This document shows, one piece after another, positions 40,470-55,155 of a DNA stretch of 64,000 nt. The DNA lies in contig OX597814.1 of assembly GCA_951406725.2 (NCBI GenBank), positions 221,836,001-221,900,000 of the forward strand. The letters are read 5' to 3'. The notes under the pieces were generated by a model, which ran no database searches, was not told the DNA's origin, and worked only from the letters and a program-made list of their open reading frames with translations. Source of the DNA: Octopus vulgaris (taxonomy: Eukaryota). A program made the translations under genes and the position numbers. The stretch's first letter is position 1. Every line of letters starts with the position of its first letter.

Positions 40470-40625
40470 TACTACCACACACGGTCGGTCTACAAAATTC
40501 ATTAGCAAAACATTTTTGTTCAACCTGGGTCTATATAGTAGGAGACATTTGTCCAAGGCGCTGCGCAGTGAACTGAAACCGAAACCAAGTAGTTTGTAAA
40601 GTGAGTTTCTTAAACATACAGTCAT
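40470..40625 (-). mobile_element. Diverged SINE family B 5' fragment
   Basis: gacatttgtccaaggcgctgcgcagtgaactgaaacc matches the reverse complement of the family B head. Confidence 0.55.
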
Positions 40626-43600
40626 GCATAAAAAATAAATAAATAAATATTACTCGTAGATTGTACCTCATGCATCACCATGCTTCATAGGAATGTATTT
40701 TTGCGTAGCAGCTGCTACTACCGAGGTTCGTTTCTTACCCACTGATTTCTTATCTTTGTACATTCAACTGTTTGTGCATTGCTGTGTCCGATTTTGTGCG
40801 TGTATGCGTGTGTGTATGGTTGTGTGCATGTGTGTATTTGTTTGTAACTATTTTACTGAGATTCTTGGTCTTCTTTTAATTCCAGTTCAGTGTTCAGAAA
40901 GCAAGCATATGTGGCCAGTCTATTTGTTTCCAATGTATGTAGAAAGCCATTGTTTATTGAAAAAAATGAAAAAAATTAACTAGATAGAAATTTATCTACT
41001 ATTTCTAGCATATCAAACTACCTCCTTCAGGAGGCTTGTTTTTATCATGTGAATAGGCCGCGTAATTGTGCGTGTATGTAAGTTAGAGACTATGGAATAT
41101 CCGACTAAATGTCTGACTGTTAAAATCATATTGGAATTCATCTCGACTTTTATGTATCTCAAAGACAATTCATTTAACTGTAATATAATATATTCTTATA
41201 AATTAGATGCTAGAATTTCTTATTACCGTGAGTTGTGGTGGTGTCAAAGTAACGTTAGAGTGCTGGACTAAATGTGCCACAGCATTTAGATTTCATTAGT
41301 CTACAAGCTCGGTTCATAGTAGAGATAGTATTGTTCATGTACAGGGATTGATATTGAATCATTAGGTATTAGATATCTATGATTACCTTTGCTTGAAATA
41401 GTATATGCAGAGGTGGAGTGAGAGAGTGAGAGTAGGAGAGAGAAAAAGGGAGACGGGGTAGGGAGAGAGATTTATGTTCAAGTTTGATATTTTATATTAA
41501 GGAATTTTTATATTCACTTAGATTTCTACGTTTAGTTTGCAACAATAACGTTCCAAAATTCATTATCCCATTCCTATTTGAAAACTTTCATAGTTCCAAA
41601 ATCAGAATAATGATGGTAATAAAAAAACGTGTTGTTTGCATGTTTTACTGCAGGTTCCAAAATATCTTAGGAATATTGTTATAATTGATTAAATCATTAA
41701 AGCTGGATTTAAAAATTATACAACAGTAAGTCCTGCTATATTTCATCATTTATTTTACGTGCAGTGTAGCTGTGCATCGAATTTTGGTTTGTATTTTACT
41801 ATTAGTAAACTTTCCATAGCAATTATTTTCATTTTATTTACTTGTAGTTATTATTTGTGGAATTCTATATAAAATTCAAGTGCTGTGAACTAATTTTTTT
41901 CCTATCGAATTACATTTTACGTAACATATTACAATGAACCGCAGTGGCTCCTTGTAAATAGATGTTCAATCGATATGAAAGTATTGTACTTATGTAACCG
42001 ATATAGCGTCTTGAGTAATGGGTTTACAGCATACATGTTCTACTGAAATTTCTAAGTAAATTATATTGGCTGTCTTAAGTACGTTCTGTGAGTTGCTTGT
42101 CTCTTTTTACTTATTTTGTTGAGGGGCTTTCTTTCAAGTTCTTATCGTAATATATTCATTCTACATCTGAGGTTGTGATTAGGTGTGATACATGTTTTTT
42201 TCTGTTTTATGGGATTGGTTAATGACATAATTATTCATTTTAACCAAAATGTACTTGGCTCTTCTAGTATACAGTATATGTGGTCTATATATTCATAATG
42301 AGTGTGATATCTGTAGCATTAGACTGAATGAAACTGTTTTTGCATTTTTCTATGGCTGGCTCTGTAAGATTACCCAATATTGGCTAATGATTTCTCTGCA
42401 CGTAAGACTTTATCTAAGGATTACTTAGAAGACGAAGATGTAAAATCTTCTGTAGGAAGGGATTAAATTACAAATATTCTATACTTACGGCGATTCGTTG
42501 GTCAACTTAGTCACCAATTCCATCACAATAAATCAAGCATTCAGTAACGAAGGCATTAAATTCTCGGGTACAAGATAAAGCATACGATGACATGTACCTT
42601 TAGTTGCTACATGTATTCTTCCTTATTGCTACATGTATTATTCCTTATTGCTACATGTATATCTGAACATTAGGGTGTTTCTGTATCTGATTTATGGTCA
42701 CGTCATGTTGGATCATAAATGTAAGAATAAATATTTTCAAGATGAGATTTAAACCAATCAGGCTCTTCATCCATATCTGCGTTTTACAAAAAAAAAAAAA
42801 AAGGAGACTTGACTCCTAAATATAAGGCTGTGAACGAATTTTCATAGAAAAACACCAGTTAGCTCTATAGTTTTTATATAAAACCCAATAGAAGCACTAT
42901 AACATGCAGCATAATACCAAACACAAAGAAAAAGAAATCCATTCTTAGGTATATCACACGAAAAATAACTCATAAAAACTGCCTATGACTTACTATTTCT
43001 GAATGCGGCATTAATGATTTTATCGGTTATAACAATGTTCCTATGATCTTTACGATCTACTTCAAAGCGCACAAATAACACACCATTATTTCCTGTATTT
43101 TCTTGTGATAATGGGACCATGTAAATTTCAAAGTATTACTGGACTAATGGATTAGGAACGCTATTATTCCAAATTCAATATGCAGGAATGGTTAAGAAGC
43201 ATGTAACTATCCATAATAAAAAAAAAAGACCAAATTCGATCATCGTTGGTTCTTTGATACAATATGTTTGAAACGAAAGCTGTTCTTCGCTATTTATGCG
43301 TGCACAAGCATAAACATGCGCACACATGCACTCGGATGCACTCAGATGCACTTACACACACACACACACATACACTCACGCACAAATGGTGGCTGCTCAC
43401 CCGCTTTCGAGTGTGGTCGCAAGTTTTCGCTAACAGTAGAGATGTAGTCTCCTCTCTGTCGTGAGTCTCCTTGACCAAGACGAAGAAACACACTACTACA
43501 AAATGTTTGGCGATTATTGTGCCACATGGTCGTTGTTATGAAAATTCCTTCACTTACGGAGCGACATGCATTTCAACGAAGAATGCAGCTGCATCGTAGG

Positions 43601-45210
43601 TTACCGGAAATCCGCTACTTTCTTGCTTATTCAGTATTTTCTGTGCTCCGGAGTCCCAGAGAATTGCGGAAGTGAAGTAATTTCACTGTTGAAATTGCAT
43701 GCATGAATTACGCGAACACACAATAGCGAAAGGGTTTCCGTCCATTTGTGATGAGAAGAGATCTGAGTATTAACTGAAGCCAAGGTAAATAAATAAATAA
43801 ATAAATAAATGAGTAAATAAAAAGATAAATAAATGTGAAATGTTAAAAAAATGTAAATGAGTGCAAGGTGCTTATCTAAAAAGCACCTGCTGCACTTATA
43901 GGGATAAACGGTTCCTTGATCCCAGAAGATTCTCCATTAATATTGGAAGCTGCAAAATTGGCAACAAGCAAAAAGGCAAGACGGACAGGCATTACCAACA
44001 ACACGGGTTTGAAGAACGAGTACCCTTCTCATATACGCATCTACATACATGTACAAAGACACATACACACAGGCACATACATACGTAAATCTGTGCACAC
44101 ATATACAATGTTAAACCGCCGCTGACTATTTATTTCATCTGACCTTTGAGTGGTTTTTATCTCTCATTCTCCCCAGTGTTTCTAAAAGTTACCCGACTCA
44201 CCGTATCGCTTGGTTACGTTTACAGTTTTACTCGCATACCGTAAGAATATTTAGACTGTAGCAGCTTACATGGTTACCAGAAGTAGTCATTCATTATAAA
44301 TCTCGTCTTCACGTACTTATGAGCGTAGGAACACTAGTATGGTCACTGCTCACTCATTTTTAAAATATAAAATTTAATTCTTTTGTATATATCTACATAG
44401 GTAGGTAGGTAGGTAAGAGAGATTATATATACGTAAGTAGGTATACGTAAATATATGTATACGTTTAGCAATAATAATCTCGTTTTTCTTCCACATTCTA
44501 ATTATTTTTAAGGGTATTTTATACGAATATATTGTATTCACAATTGCATTGGTGAAAAAATAACAAAACCGAAAAATCAGTTTTGCACGCAAGGGAATGT
44601 ATTCAGCTTGAATGATGTATGAGTAATGTCCCTTGCAATCGAATCGTGAGAATTATATAAAAGACTGAAGGAAACAAAGACAGACACAAAGGTAAAAAAA
44701 AGCGAACAGAGAGAGTATTTCTAATCAGTTTCAGTCATAGAATGGTAATCAAATTAAGTAATAAATGCTGAACAGATAAAGGAAATAAATAAATTCGATA
44801 ATGAATTAATGAATATATTAAGTGAAATGAATAATCAGGTCAGGATAAAGCAATCTGCATCTACGCAAACATCTCTAATCTTTGAGCTCATCAATCATCC
44901 GTCAGTAATGTCAACCATTAATCTAAGCTGTAATGTGTGAGCGCGCGCGCGCGAACGTGTGTGTATGTGTTGCGTGTGTGTATGAGTGTGTTTGCATGTG
45001 GATATATATATATATATGGATATATATATTAAATTATAGATAAAACCACTATTAGGCAAATCAAACAGTGAAAAACATAAACCAAAACTTAGAAATAAAA
45101 TTAATTAATATAATATACAAAATATATAAAACATAAAATTCAAACTTTAAATTATTTAAATTTAAAGTTAAAATTTTAAAAAAATGTTCATTATTAATTT
45201 ATACTTATAA

Positions 45211-45249
<39 letters not shown>

Positions 45250-45259
45250 TTTTATTTTA

Positions 45260-45260
45260 A

Positions 45261-45339
<79 letters not shown>

Positions 45340-45355
45340 CATTATTATTATTATA
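45260..45355. repeat. (ATT)n microsatellite within (TA)n
   Basis: Seen directly. Confidence 0.95.
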
Positions 45356-45380
45356 TGGATATATATATATGGATATATTC

Positions 45381-45413
<33 letters not shown>

Positions 45414-46759
45414 TATATGCATATATACATATATATATATACATATATATACAGAGGTAGGCATCGTTAAACGAAAAGTTAACTTCGTTAATCGTTAATC
45501 CGTTAATTCTTTGAAAATGTAACGTAAGTTAACGTTAATCCGTATACGTTAACCTTTATTGACAAAAAAGCATATCTATCGTTTAATATTCCACCAAATC
45601 TACTGTCTCATAATTTCCATGAAATTAGATACTTTTAACGATGTAAAGATTTGTTGGAAAAAAGAATTTCCGAGAGGAGTTTAGGAAAATTCACAGGACC
45701 TAACATTTTCTCCCTTATAGCTTTCTGGAAAATAGGTATATTTTAATGAAATTTTATACAAATATCTTTCAAACGGTGTAGATGACGATTACAAAGAAAT
45801 TTGTTGGCAAAATTTTTAAAAGAGGGCGTGGGGAAGAGGAGTTTGTAGAAAACGGAGTTTTGGATCAGATGGCCCACATATGTTGGAATTTTTCCGCTTT
45901 GACGGAAATTTTTTCAAATGTTTTTCACCAAGGTTCTCAGAATGATGAGAGGCATGTTTTTACGAAAAAAAAAAAAGAAAAACGAAAAACAATTATATAA
46001 AATTTTCTTTTCATTTCCCCCACCGCCTCACCACCCAAGTCCAAAACGATTTTGGCCATTTTTTTTTCACTACGCACTTAAAACCTGTGTGAGAACCATT
46101 TTCGATTTTTTTTTTTTTTAATGTTAATTGTTTCGGAGGAAAATGCGTAATTTGCTTCTCGCACATCTCAAACGTCCCTCCTCATTTCTTCCTAATTCAC
46201 ACATCTATTGATATTTTTCAATATTTTTCCCACATAAATAAATTTTATGGAATGATATAGTCCCTACGTAAAAATATCTTTAGTGTTCATATTAATTTGT
46301 CAAATGTAATGTGTATCTGTTCACGTATTTTGAATTGTCCACAATATTTGCTTGTAACTCTGTAATTTTTTTACATATAGATTTGAAATTGTGCCAGTGG
46401 GTGCTTTTTATACCATTGGTATATAGTTACGTAACGTTAGCTGATCTTGCTGATTAAATTTGATTAACAAATTTAATTAACAGGTGTAAAGACAATAACA
46501 TTATGGATAAATACTAAAACTGAAATTCTTAATGCATTTAACCTGTTTGATTTGTACTAAAATTATCCCAGATGACAACAGACAGAAATTTTACCACTTT
46601 TCAAAGATGAGGAACATTAATTTGAATTAATTAAAATACAGGTACATTCGGTACAAGATTTTATTATTTCGCGTAATATTTCGTACCTCGGTGTGGGATA
46701 ATTTTTTCCACCGATTTTTTCGGGTGCATTCAACGTATCTGACTTCCAAACCCACCTTT

Positions 46760-48022
46760 ACATTTCCCAACACGGCTTCGTGCCGAAGAGATCATGCTTG
46801 ACCAACTTACTAGTAATGGAAGAATTGGTGACGCGCATCCTCGATGATAGTGATGCTGTTGACATCGTTTTATTGGACTTTGCCAAAGCTTTTGACTCGG
46901 TAAACCACCGCCTACTACTTGTCAAGCTTCAAGCATATAGTTTCCATCCGGATATTGTACGATGGGTTGGTGCCTTCCTCTCAGATCGCTCCTTCCAAGT
47001 TCAAGTTAATGGTTCGCGGTCCGACGTCTCCAGTGCGAGCAGTGGCGTGCCTCAAGGTTCAGTGCTTGGGCCCTTGTTGTTCTTAGTCTTCATAAATGAC
47101 TTGCCCGACGACCTCACGCAACACACCCTTCTATTTGCCGACGATATCAAACTGGTCGCTCCTCGCGGTAGTATATAGGATCTTCGTCGATGCCTCCACC
47201 AAATTTGGAAGTGGTCTAACGATTGGGACCTGTGTCTGAACGTGTCAAAGTGCTGTCATCTGCCTGTCGGCTCTACTCCTGCAACTCAACTTGATTTCGA
47301 GCCGGGTCGTCTGCTGCTGGAGAGGACCGATCAGGTAAAGGACCTGGGTATCTTGGTGGATTCCTCCTTTTCGCCTTCGGCCCAGTGCGTCCATGCTGCC
47401 AACAAAGCGCGCGGAATTCTGTTTTTGATTCGACGGTCATTCGGAGTGCTCACAGCAGCCATATTCCTGCCACTCTATGTCACGCTGGTGAGACCCATAT
47501 TGGAGTATGGGATTCAAGCCTCTTCTCCTTATCCCCTCAAAGACATACAGCACCTCGAAAGAGTTCAGAGGCTGGCTACCCGCCTGGTTCATGGTCTCAA
47601 AAATTTGTCCTACGAAGAAAGGCTGAGGACGCTCGACCTTTATTCTCTTGAAAAACGCCGCCGCCGTGGTGATCTCATTCTCGCCCACAACATCATAAGC
47701 GGGAAGTGTAACCTCTCGAAAGAGCTGTTCTTCACTCCTGCTCCGGAGCGTCGGCTGCGGGGTCATTCCGAAAAGCTCTACCTGCGACGATTTCATCTCA
47801 ATCGAAGGAGAGGAGCTTTCTCCGTCCGGGTTGCGGATCCGTGGAACAAGCTGCCAGATGAGATGGTGAAGATGCCAACGACCGCTTTGTTCAAAGCCTC
47901 CCTGGACCTCAAGTGGCCTGAACTCTTTACATGAACACCACCCTGTACTTAACTCCATGTCCCCCTACATGGCCTTGCTATTTGCTTTTGAGCCAAATGA
48001 ACTAACTAACTAACTAACTAAC
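46760..48022 (+). mobile_element. Young 5'-truncated CR1-group LINE; RT frame broken by one stop
   Basis: QHGFVPKRSC, LDFAKAFD, GVPQGSVLGP, LFADD, LEKRRRRGD, WNKLP; ORFs 46780-47178 and 47242-47934 are in the same frame; (AACT)n tail. Confidence 0.95.
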
Positions 48023-48058
48023 ATCATGTCTAGTTTTCAAATCAAATAAAATCAAATC

Positions 48059-48537
48059 TCCAGAAAGACATTCAGCACCTGGAACGGGTTCAACGCTTAG
48101 CCACCCGAATGGTCGCGGGTTTGGCTAAGCTTACGTTTGAGGAACATCTCCAACTGCTGGCATTGCCTTCACTCGAACGACGGAGGATGCGGGTAGATCT
48201 CATCCTGGCTTTCAACATCTTCAACGAGAATGTAAACCTACCATTTCAGGAGTTTTTCACAGGCATGAGGGCAAAATCTATCCTCGACACTTTCGACTCA
48301 AACAGGCGGAAGGCCGCATTCTGCGTCCGAATCCCAGCCCCATGGAACAAGCTACCACAAGATACTATTCAACTGCTCACCACTCCCCAGTTCAAAGAGG
48401 CTCTGGACAACTGTGGCGGCTATGTATTAAATTGTATATAACAATAACTGTCTGTTTTTGTTTGTTTTTTGTTTTTTTACATAGCTTAAGCACATTGTGC
48501 ACTTCTGCCAATAAATTTGATTTGATTTGATTTGATT
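48059..48537 (+). mobile_element. 3' end of an older, related CR1-group LINE
   Basis: KDIQHLERVQRLATRMV, LERRRMRVD, PWNKLP; aataaa followed by a (TTTGA)n tail. Confidence 0.85.
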
Positions 48538-49516
48538 TTTCCGGAAAAGAAAGGTAGGATAGCTGGTGGGAACCTCGAAGTTTCCCACAAAGGAATTTTG
48601 TTTCGCGGGTCTTTTTGTCTTTTACAGCTTATTTTGAATGTTTTCAACGAATGTGACATCGAAATCACGCCTAAACGGCTCTTTTCCCAGAAAATGATGG
48701 AAATGCTTGCTATTTTTAGCATTCTCTGCTACCACGTAACAGTTATTTGCGTTCACACCGAAATATTTACCAACATTTTCCTTCCGTTTATTTTTTTCAA
48801 ATTTATGGAAGTCAGTATTTTTTCTTTTGACATGAAGTTCAGCGAGGTCACGGATCAAATGGAAACACATCAATCGCTGTTCCCCCTTGGCAGGACAAAG
48901 AAATTTCCCGCAGTCTTTGCAAGCAACAAGCATGTGGATTTGATTTCGAATCCAGGCAGGGCCAAATGAGGTCCTACAGGTTATTTATAATAATAGGTGG
49001 TGTTATATCAGGGTTGAAAGAATGACGCGTACAATATTAAATATGCTAAGACAATCTGAAAACAATAGAAACTTTTAAGCAATTATCGGATTTTTATGAA
49101 ATTTTGGGGTTATCAGACTTGAGTTAACGGTGTTAATTGCAACACCGGTACCTGGTGTAGCGCTGATATTTGTACGTATCGCTCGCGTGGAGATGAATCG
49201 CTTCTGTCTCTAGCGGTCGGATGTCCACCACTCATGAGACCAAAAACGGTCGAAATCACGTGATCCCGTAGTCTTGTCGCTGACGATGGTGAAGAATTAA
49301 CCTCCTCGCTGGCGATATAAACAAGAGTGCATTTTACACCAAAAGCCTATATGAGAATTTCTCTCATAGTAACTACCGCAGTAAAGTTCGTTTCAACAGA
49401 ACATCCATCCACGTCTAAGGTGGGATAAATTTTACCTCTTGGTATTAAAACAGTTTCTGTCCCTCATATATATTTAATAGTTGATATCACTCACAGTAAA
49501 GAAAAGAAACAAAATA

Positions 49517-50400
49517 CAAGTGTATGTCCTGAAGAGGAAGTCAACATATTCTGCAAAGTTATTTCCCTTGAAAAATGCAAGGGGAGTAACGTCCTTGCTG
49601 TTAGGACAGTGTTACCGAGGCACTGTAGCTATAGTATAGGTGAAAGAAATAATAGAAATTCTGAGTCATCTCTACTACATTTAGGAGAGATACGTCATTG
49701 CACCGAATATGAAATCAATTCGAACAGAAACGGAAGAGATTGGCAATTGGCAGCCAACAGAAAATATGGTAGTCCTAGATAACTTAAAATTTGGGGCGTT
49801 CCCCATTAGAATGAACCTTTTGAACATATGTCTGCCAGATCAACTACATTCTCCTCGGTTTTCAATTTCTCCATCATAAACGAAAGGTTACACGTTTTGG
49901 CAACATATGGGCAATCAGACTACACTACACCTAGCTTGTTACTATGGAAACCGGCACCTATACGTCTGACTTTCGACCGGGTGAAATTACCCAAAATTTG
50001 TTAAATTTAAATGCTATTAACTTTTTATTTCATAATTTAAAGCAAAAATGAATTTCACTTTCATAACTAGCATACAAAACTACTTTAATACACCAAATTT
50101 GAAATTCAAGTGTATGTCCTGAAGAGGGAAGTCAACATATTCTGCAAAGTTATCTCCCTTGAAAAATGCAAGGGAAGTAACCTCCTTGCTGTTAGGACAG
50201 CGTTACCGAGGCACTGTAGCTATAGTATAGGTGAAAGAAATAATAGGAGAGATGACTCGGAAATTGTTGCTCTTCGATTACTTTCGCAAACAGCAGTAAG
50301 TATCTTCAGCTGAATACACGTCGTTGATTGGTTAAAATTACCCAAATACTACAAATTTAACACGAAATTACCTCTAAAATGATTTTTAAATCTGTGAGCC
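49517..50400. repeat. Modular unclassified repeat; 49517-49657 recurs at 50107-50246 and 49693-50052 recurs at 53343-53703
   Basis: Direct sequence comparison; copies differ by scattered substitutions. Confidence 0.85.
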
Positions 50401-50439
50401 AAACTGAAGATGCCTAATAAGAATGATCTATTGGTTGTT

Positions 50440-50950
50440 CTATGGAAATTATGGCCTAGAAGGATCAACGATAACCAAATTCTAAAGAGAGTTACCGAGA
50501 ATGAAGTGTGCAATGATTTAGTGTGACCATCAGATGCGACGTCGTAAATTAGATATATTTGTGAACAGAAAAGACTAAAGCATGCCTGATAATCGACATA
50601 GCATGTCCTGGGAGTAACGGAATCGGAGAGAAAGGAGAAAAGGCGAACAACGACGATGAATTGAAGTTGGAAATATGCCGGTTGAGGACAATGATGAGAG
50701 TTGACATGATACCAATAGTGATGGGCGTGCTGGGAAGTATCAGCAGGATCTGCGCTGCTCTAGACTGGTACAAATGTAAAAAAAAAAAAAATAGCATACT
50801 TACAAATAAAACATCATTGCTAGTAACCTGCAGGAGTTTTGCACATGGGTTCTTGAAACATGATCAGTAATTAAGTGTCACTTTAATCTACTGGCTGTGG
50901 GCAGCTGACATTGGACATCATACTGAACAAAATAAGCCGATAGTTTTCAT
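50440..50950 (+). mobile_element. Dong/R4 LINE 3' fragment (RLE) followed by (AAT)n
   Basis: IDIACPG, LKLEICRL..M.RVDMIPIVMGVLG; 3'UTR homologous to 55050-55135. Confidence 0.8.
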
Positions 50951-51142
50951 AAAATAATAATATTAATGATAATGATGACAATAATAATGATAATGATCCT
51001 TTCTACTATAGATACAAGGCCTGCAATTTTGGGGGATGGGATAAATTATTATTATCATTTATTATTATTATTATTATTATTATTATCATCTGTGCAAAAG
51101 CAATAATAATCATAATAATAGTAATAATAATAATAATAATAA

Positions 51143-51205
<63 letters not shown>

Positions 51206-51318
51206 TAAATGCATAGAATGAGCTTCTCGTCCTAGGTGTACGAAAATACTCGGGAGAGAAAGGGAAGAAAATTTGAAGAAAGAAGGAAAAAAAAATCTAT
51301 AATAACAACAATAATAAT

Positions 51319-51372
<54 letters not shown>
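50951..51372. repeat. (AAT)n/(ATT)n microsatellite field
   Basis: Seen directly. Confidence 0.9.
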
Positions 51373-51373
<1 letters not shown>

Positions 51374-52021
51374 GCGTTGGTATTTAGGAAGAAAATATCT
51401 TCACTTATTTAGTTTCCATTCATTTGTTCAATTTATATAAACAGGATTGCTTCCCTTGCACTTACAATATAAGGGGAATAACTTTTGCCGACACTATTTT
51501 TGTGGAATTCACACTTAGATACCGTATACCTAGGGGATAAAATAATAAAAGCAACAATATATTTATTCTTCAATATTTAAGGGTGATAAAAATTCTTATA
51601 ATCCAATTAATGTTGTGTTCAATTGTAAGTGAGTGACAGAGAAAGATAGTGCGAGTGAGAGGCAGGCAGACGGATAGACAAACAGCAGGCACGCAGGTAG
51701 ACAGATTGATAGACAGACAAATAGACCGGCAGTACAAGAGCAAAGCTTTCAGTACATTGACGCTACAATGTGTTAATAGTAAAGACATTCAACGTTCAGT
51801 AGCTAAGTCCATCTTTTCATAGCTGTTTCCCAACAGACTATAGAAGCCAGAGCATTGTAAATGTAATGACCGCGTGCGTCCGCTGGCAGAGCTGAGATGC
51901 AGCAAGTCCTCTACAAGAATTGAGATCAACAAGCCGATGTTACACGCAGATAAATATCAGGCCTGTAGTACCTTATGATTCGGGAGGGTTGTCAGCTTTA
52001 CTTAGGACGGACACTGGATGG

Positions 52022-52407
52022 ATGGAAGCACTCCGTCGGTTACGACGACGACGAGGGTTCCGGTTGATCCGATCAACGGAACAGCCTGCTCGTGAAATTA
52101 ACGTGTAAGTGGCTGAGCACTCCACAGACACGTGTACCCTTAACGTAGTTCTCGGGGATATTCAGCGTGACACAGAGAGTGACAAGGCCGGCCCCTTGAA
52201 ATACAGGTACAACAGAAACAGGAAGTAAGAGTGAGAGAAAGTTGTGGTGAAACAGTGCAGCAGGGATCACTACCACCCACTGCCGGAGCCTCGTGGAGCT
52301 TTAGGTGTTTTCGCTCAATAAACACTCACAACGCCCGGTCTGGGAATCGAAACCGCGATCCTACGACCGCGAGTCCGCTGCCTTAACCACTGGGCCATTG
52401 CGCCTCC
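52022..52407 (-). mobile_element. Full-length tRNA-derived SINE family A
   Basis: Minus head ggcgcaatggcccagtggttaaggcagcggactcgcggtcgtaggatcgcggtttcgattccc has A and B boxes; possible TSD ga(c/t)ggacact. Confidence 0.92.
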
Positions 52408-53189
52408 TATGATGGACACTATTACTTCAGGAAATATTTAAAATAAAGAGTGCTTGAAATCTGTTTGGCTTCACTTGTCAATTCCTTGCAACAAAAAAAA
52501 GAAACAAAGAGAGAAGGAAATATATAAATAAATAAAGAAAGAAAGAAAACTGAAAATAATTGTTCAGTTTATGTACCGATCGAGCTGCTGGAAAAAGCAG
52601 CCAAATCTTCTCCCTAACCACACCCTAACGTCAAAATAAGGAAGGACATACTAGCAATCTTTTCAACTTGGTTACCAATTTTCGAAATTTAAAGTTTATT
52701 GAAAATCTTAGAATTTGGTACATTCATGTCGTTTTTCTCAGCTGCATCTCAGAGGATAGTTAACTTTTTCCAGGAAAATGCTTTAAAAAAGTTATGAAGC
52801 TTTAAAGTTTGATCATTTTCACCTTGGCATAAAACAGGGTTCGGAAGCAGTGATTTTGTGCGTGACGTGTTTTAATATGAAACTATAAACAAGGCAACTT
52901 CTGCCTTACGCACGATAAGTTTTTTGCTTCTTTGGTATTTTCAGAACATTTTTGTGCATTTTTATTATACTTTCGGGAATTCATACGGTTACGCAAAAAA
53001 AAAAAAAAAAAATTGTGGGTGCGTGATGTAAGGCCTATTTGACCATTATTTTAAACAGATCTCTCGACCAGGCTACAAGCAGCAGATGGGCACAGGCAGC
53101 AGAACATTGCATCAATGCACATGTTTTCTTGTAGAATATATTTGTCAGCACGTGCTATGTCACAGACGAAAGAGTTCTCATGTTTGGCT

Positions 53190-53703
53190 AGTTACTATGG
53201 AAACAGGTAGGAATGTGTTTGTGGCTTACTATTGGCTAAAATTACCCAAAATTTGCAAATTTTAAAAGCTAAAAGACCGTTTTTTAAAGACTTAATATAT
53301 GGCGAAAATGAATTTCATGACACTGAGAAGCATTTAAATCTACGTCATTACACCAAATGTGAAATCAATTCGAACAGAAACTGAAGAGATTGGCAATTAG
53401 CAGCCAACAGAAAAGAGGGTAGCCATAGATAACCTAACATTTGGGGCGTTCCCTATTAGAATGCACCTTTTGAACATATGTCTGTCGGATCAACTGCATT
53501 CTCCTTGGTTTTCAAATTCTCCATCATCAACGAAAGGTTACACGTGTTGGCAACATATGGGCAATCAGACTACACTACACCTGGCTTGTTACTATAGAAA
53601 CAGGCACCATTATGTCTGACTTTCGACTAGGTAAAATTAACCAAAATTTGTTAAATTTAAATGCTATTAACTTTTTATTTCGTAATTTAAAGCAAAAATG
53701 AAT
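53190..53703. repeat. Second locus of the modular repeat seen at 49517-50400
   Basis: Shared modules gttactatggaaac...aaaattacccaaaatttg...aaaatgaat...acaccaaat-tgaaat. Confidence 0.8.
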
Positions 53704-53877
53704 CGAGCAGACCTGCTATCGAAGGCCTTCTATCATCCACCTCTCTTGTCTTGAACATGAGAGACGCCATTGTTGAATTCAAAACTGACTAAACAGAATA
53801 GGAGGAGACACGTGAGATGGAGAGTCACTGAAGAGGTCACAGGAGGGGAAACGAAATATTTCCAGACAGTGATTTAA

Positions 53878-55135
<1,258 letters not shown>

Positions 55136-55155
55136 TAATAATAATAATAATAATA

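Noticed and set aside
42603-42660. Short ~22-bp tandem triplication (ttgctacatgtatt..ttcctta)
   Set aside because: Ordinary slippage duplication with no further structure.
48532-48969. 145-aa ORF as a host exon
   Set aside because: No recognisable domain; it starts inside a LINE tail; overlapping antisense ORFs are of similar length.
45451-49150. Large hAT-like element starting CAGAGGTAGGCATCGTTAA with gttaac-rich subterminal repeats
   Set aside because: No matching right TIR or 8-bp TSD could be identified, and no transposase.
52335-52407. tRNA gene (also 57450-57526 and the heads of SINE families B and C)
   Set aside because: The tRNA-like head runs directly into a repeated SINE body, and the acceptor stem does not close.
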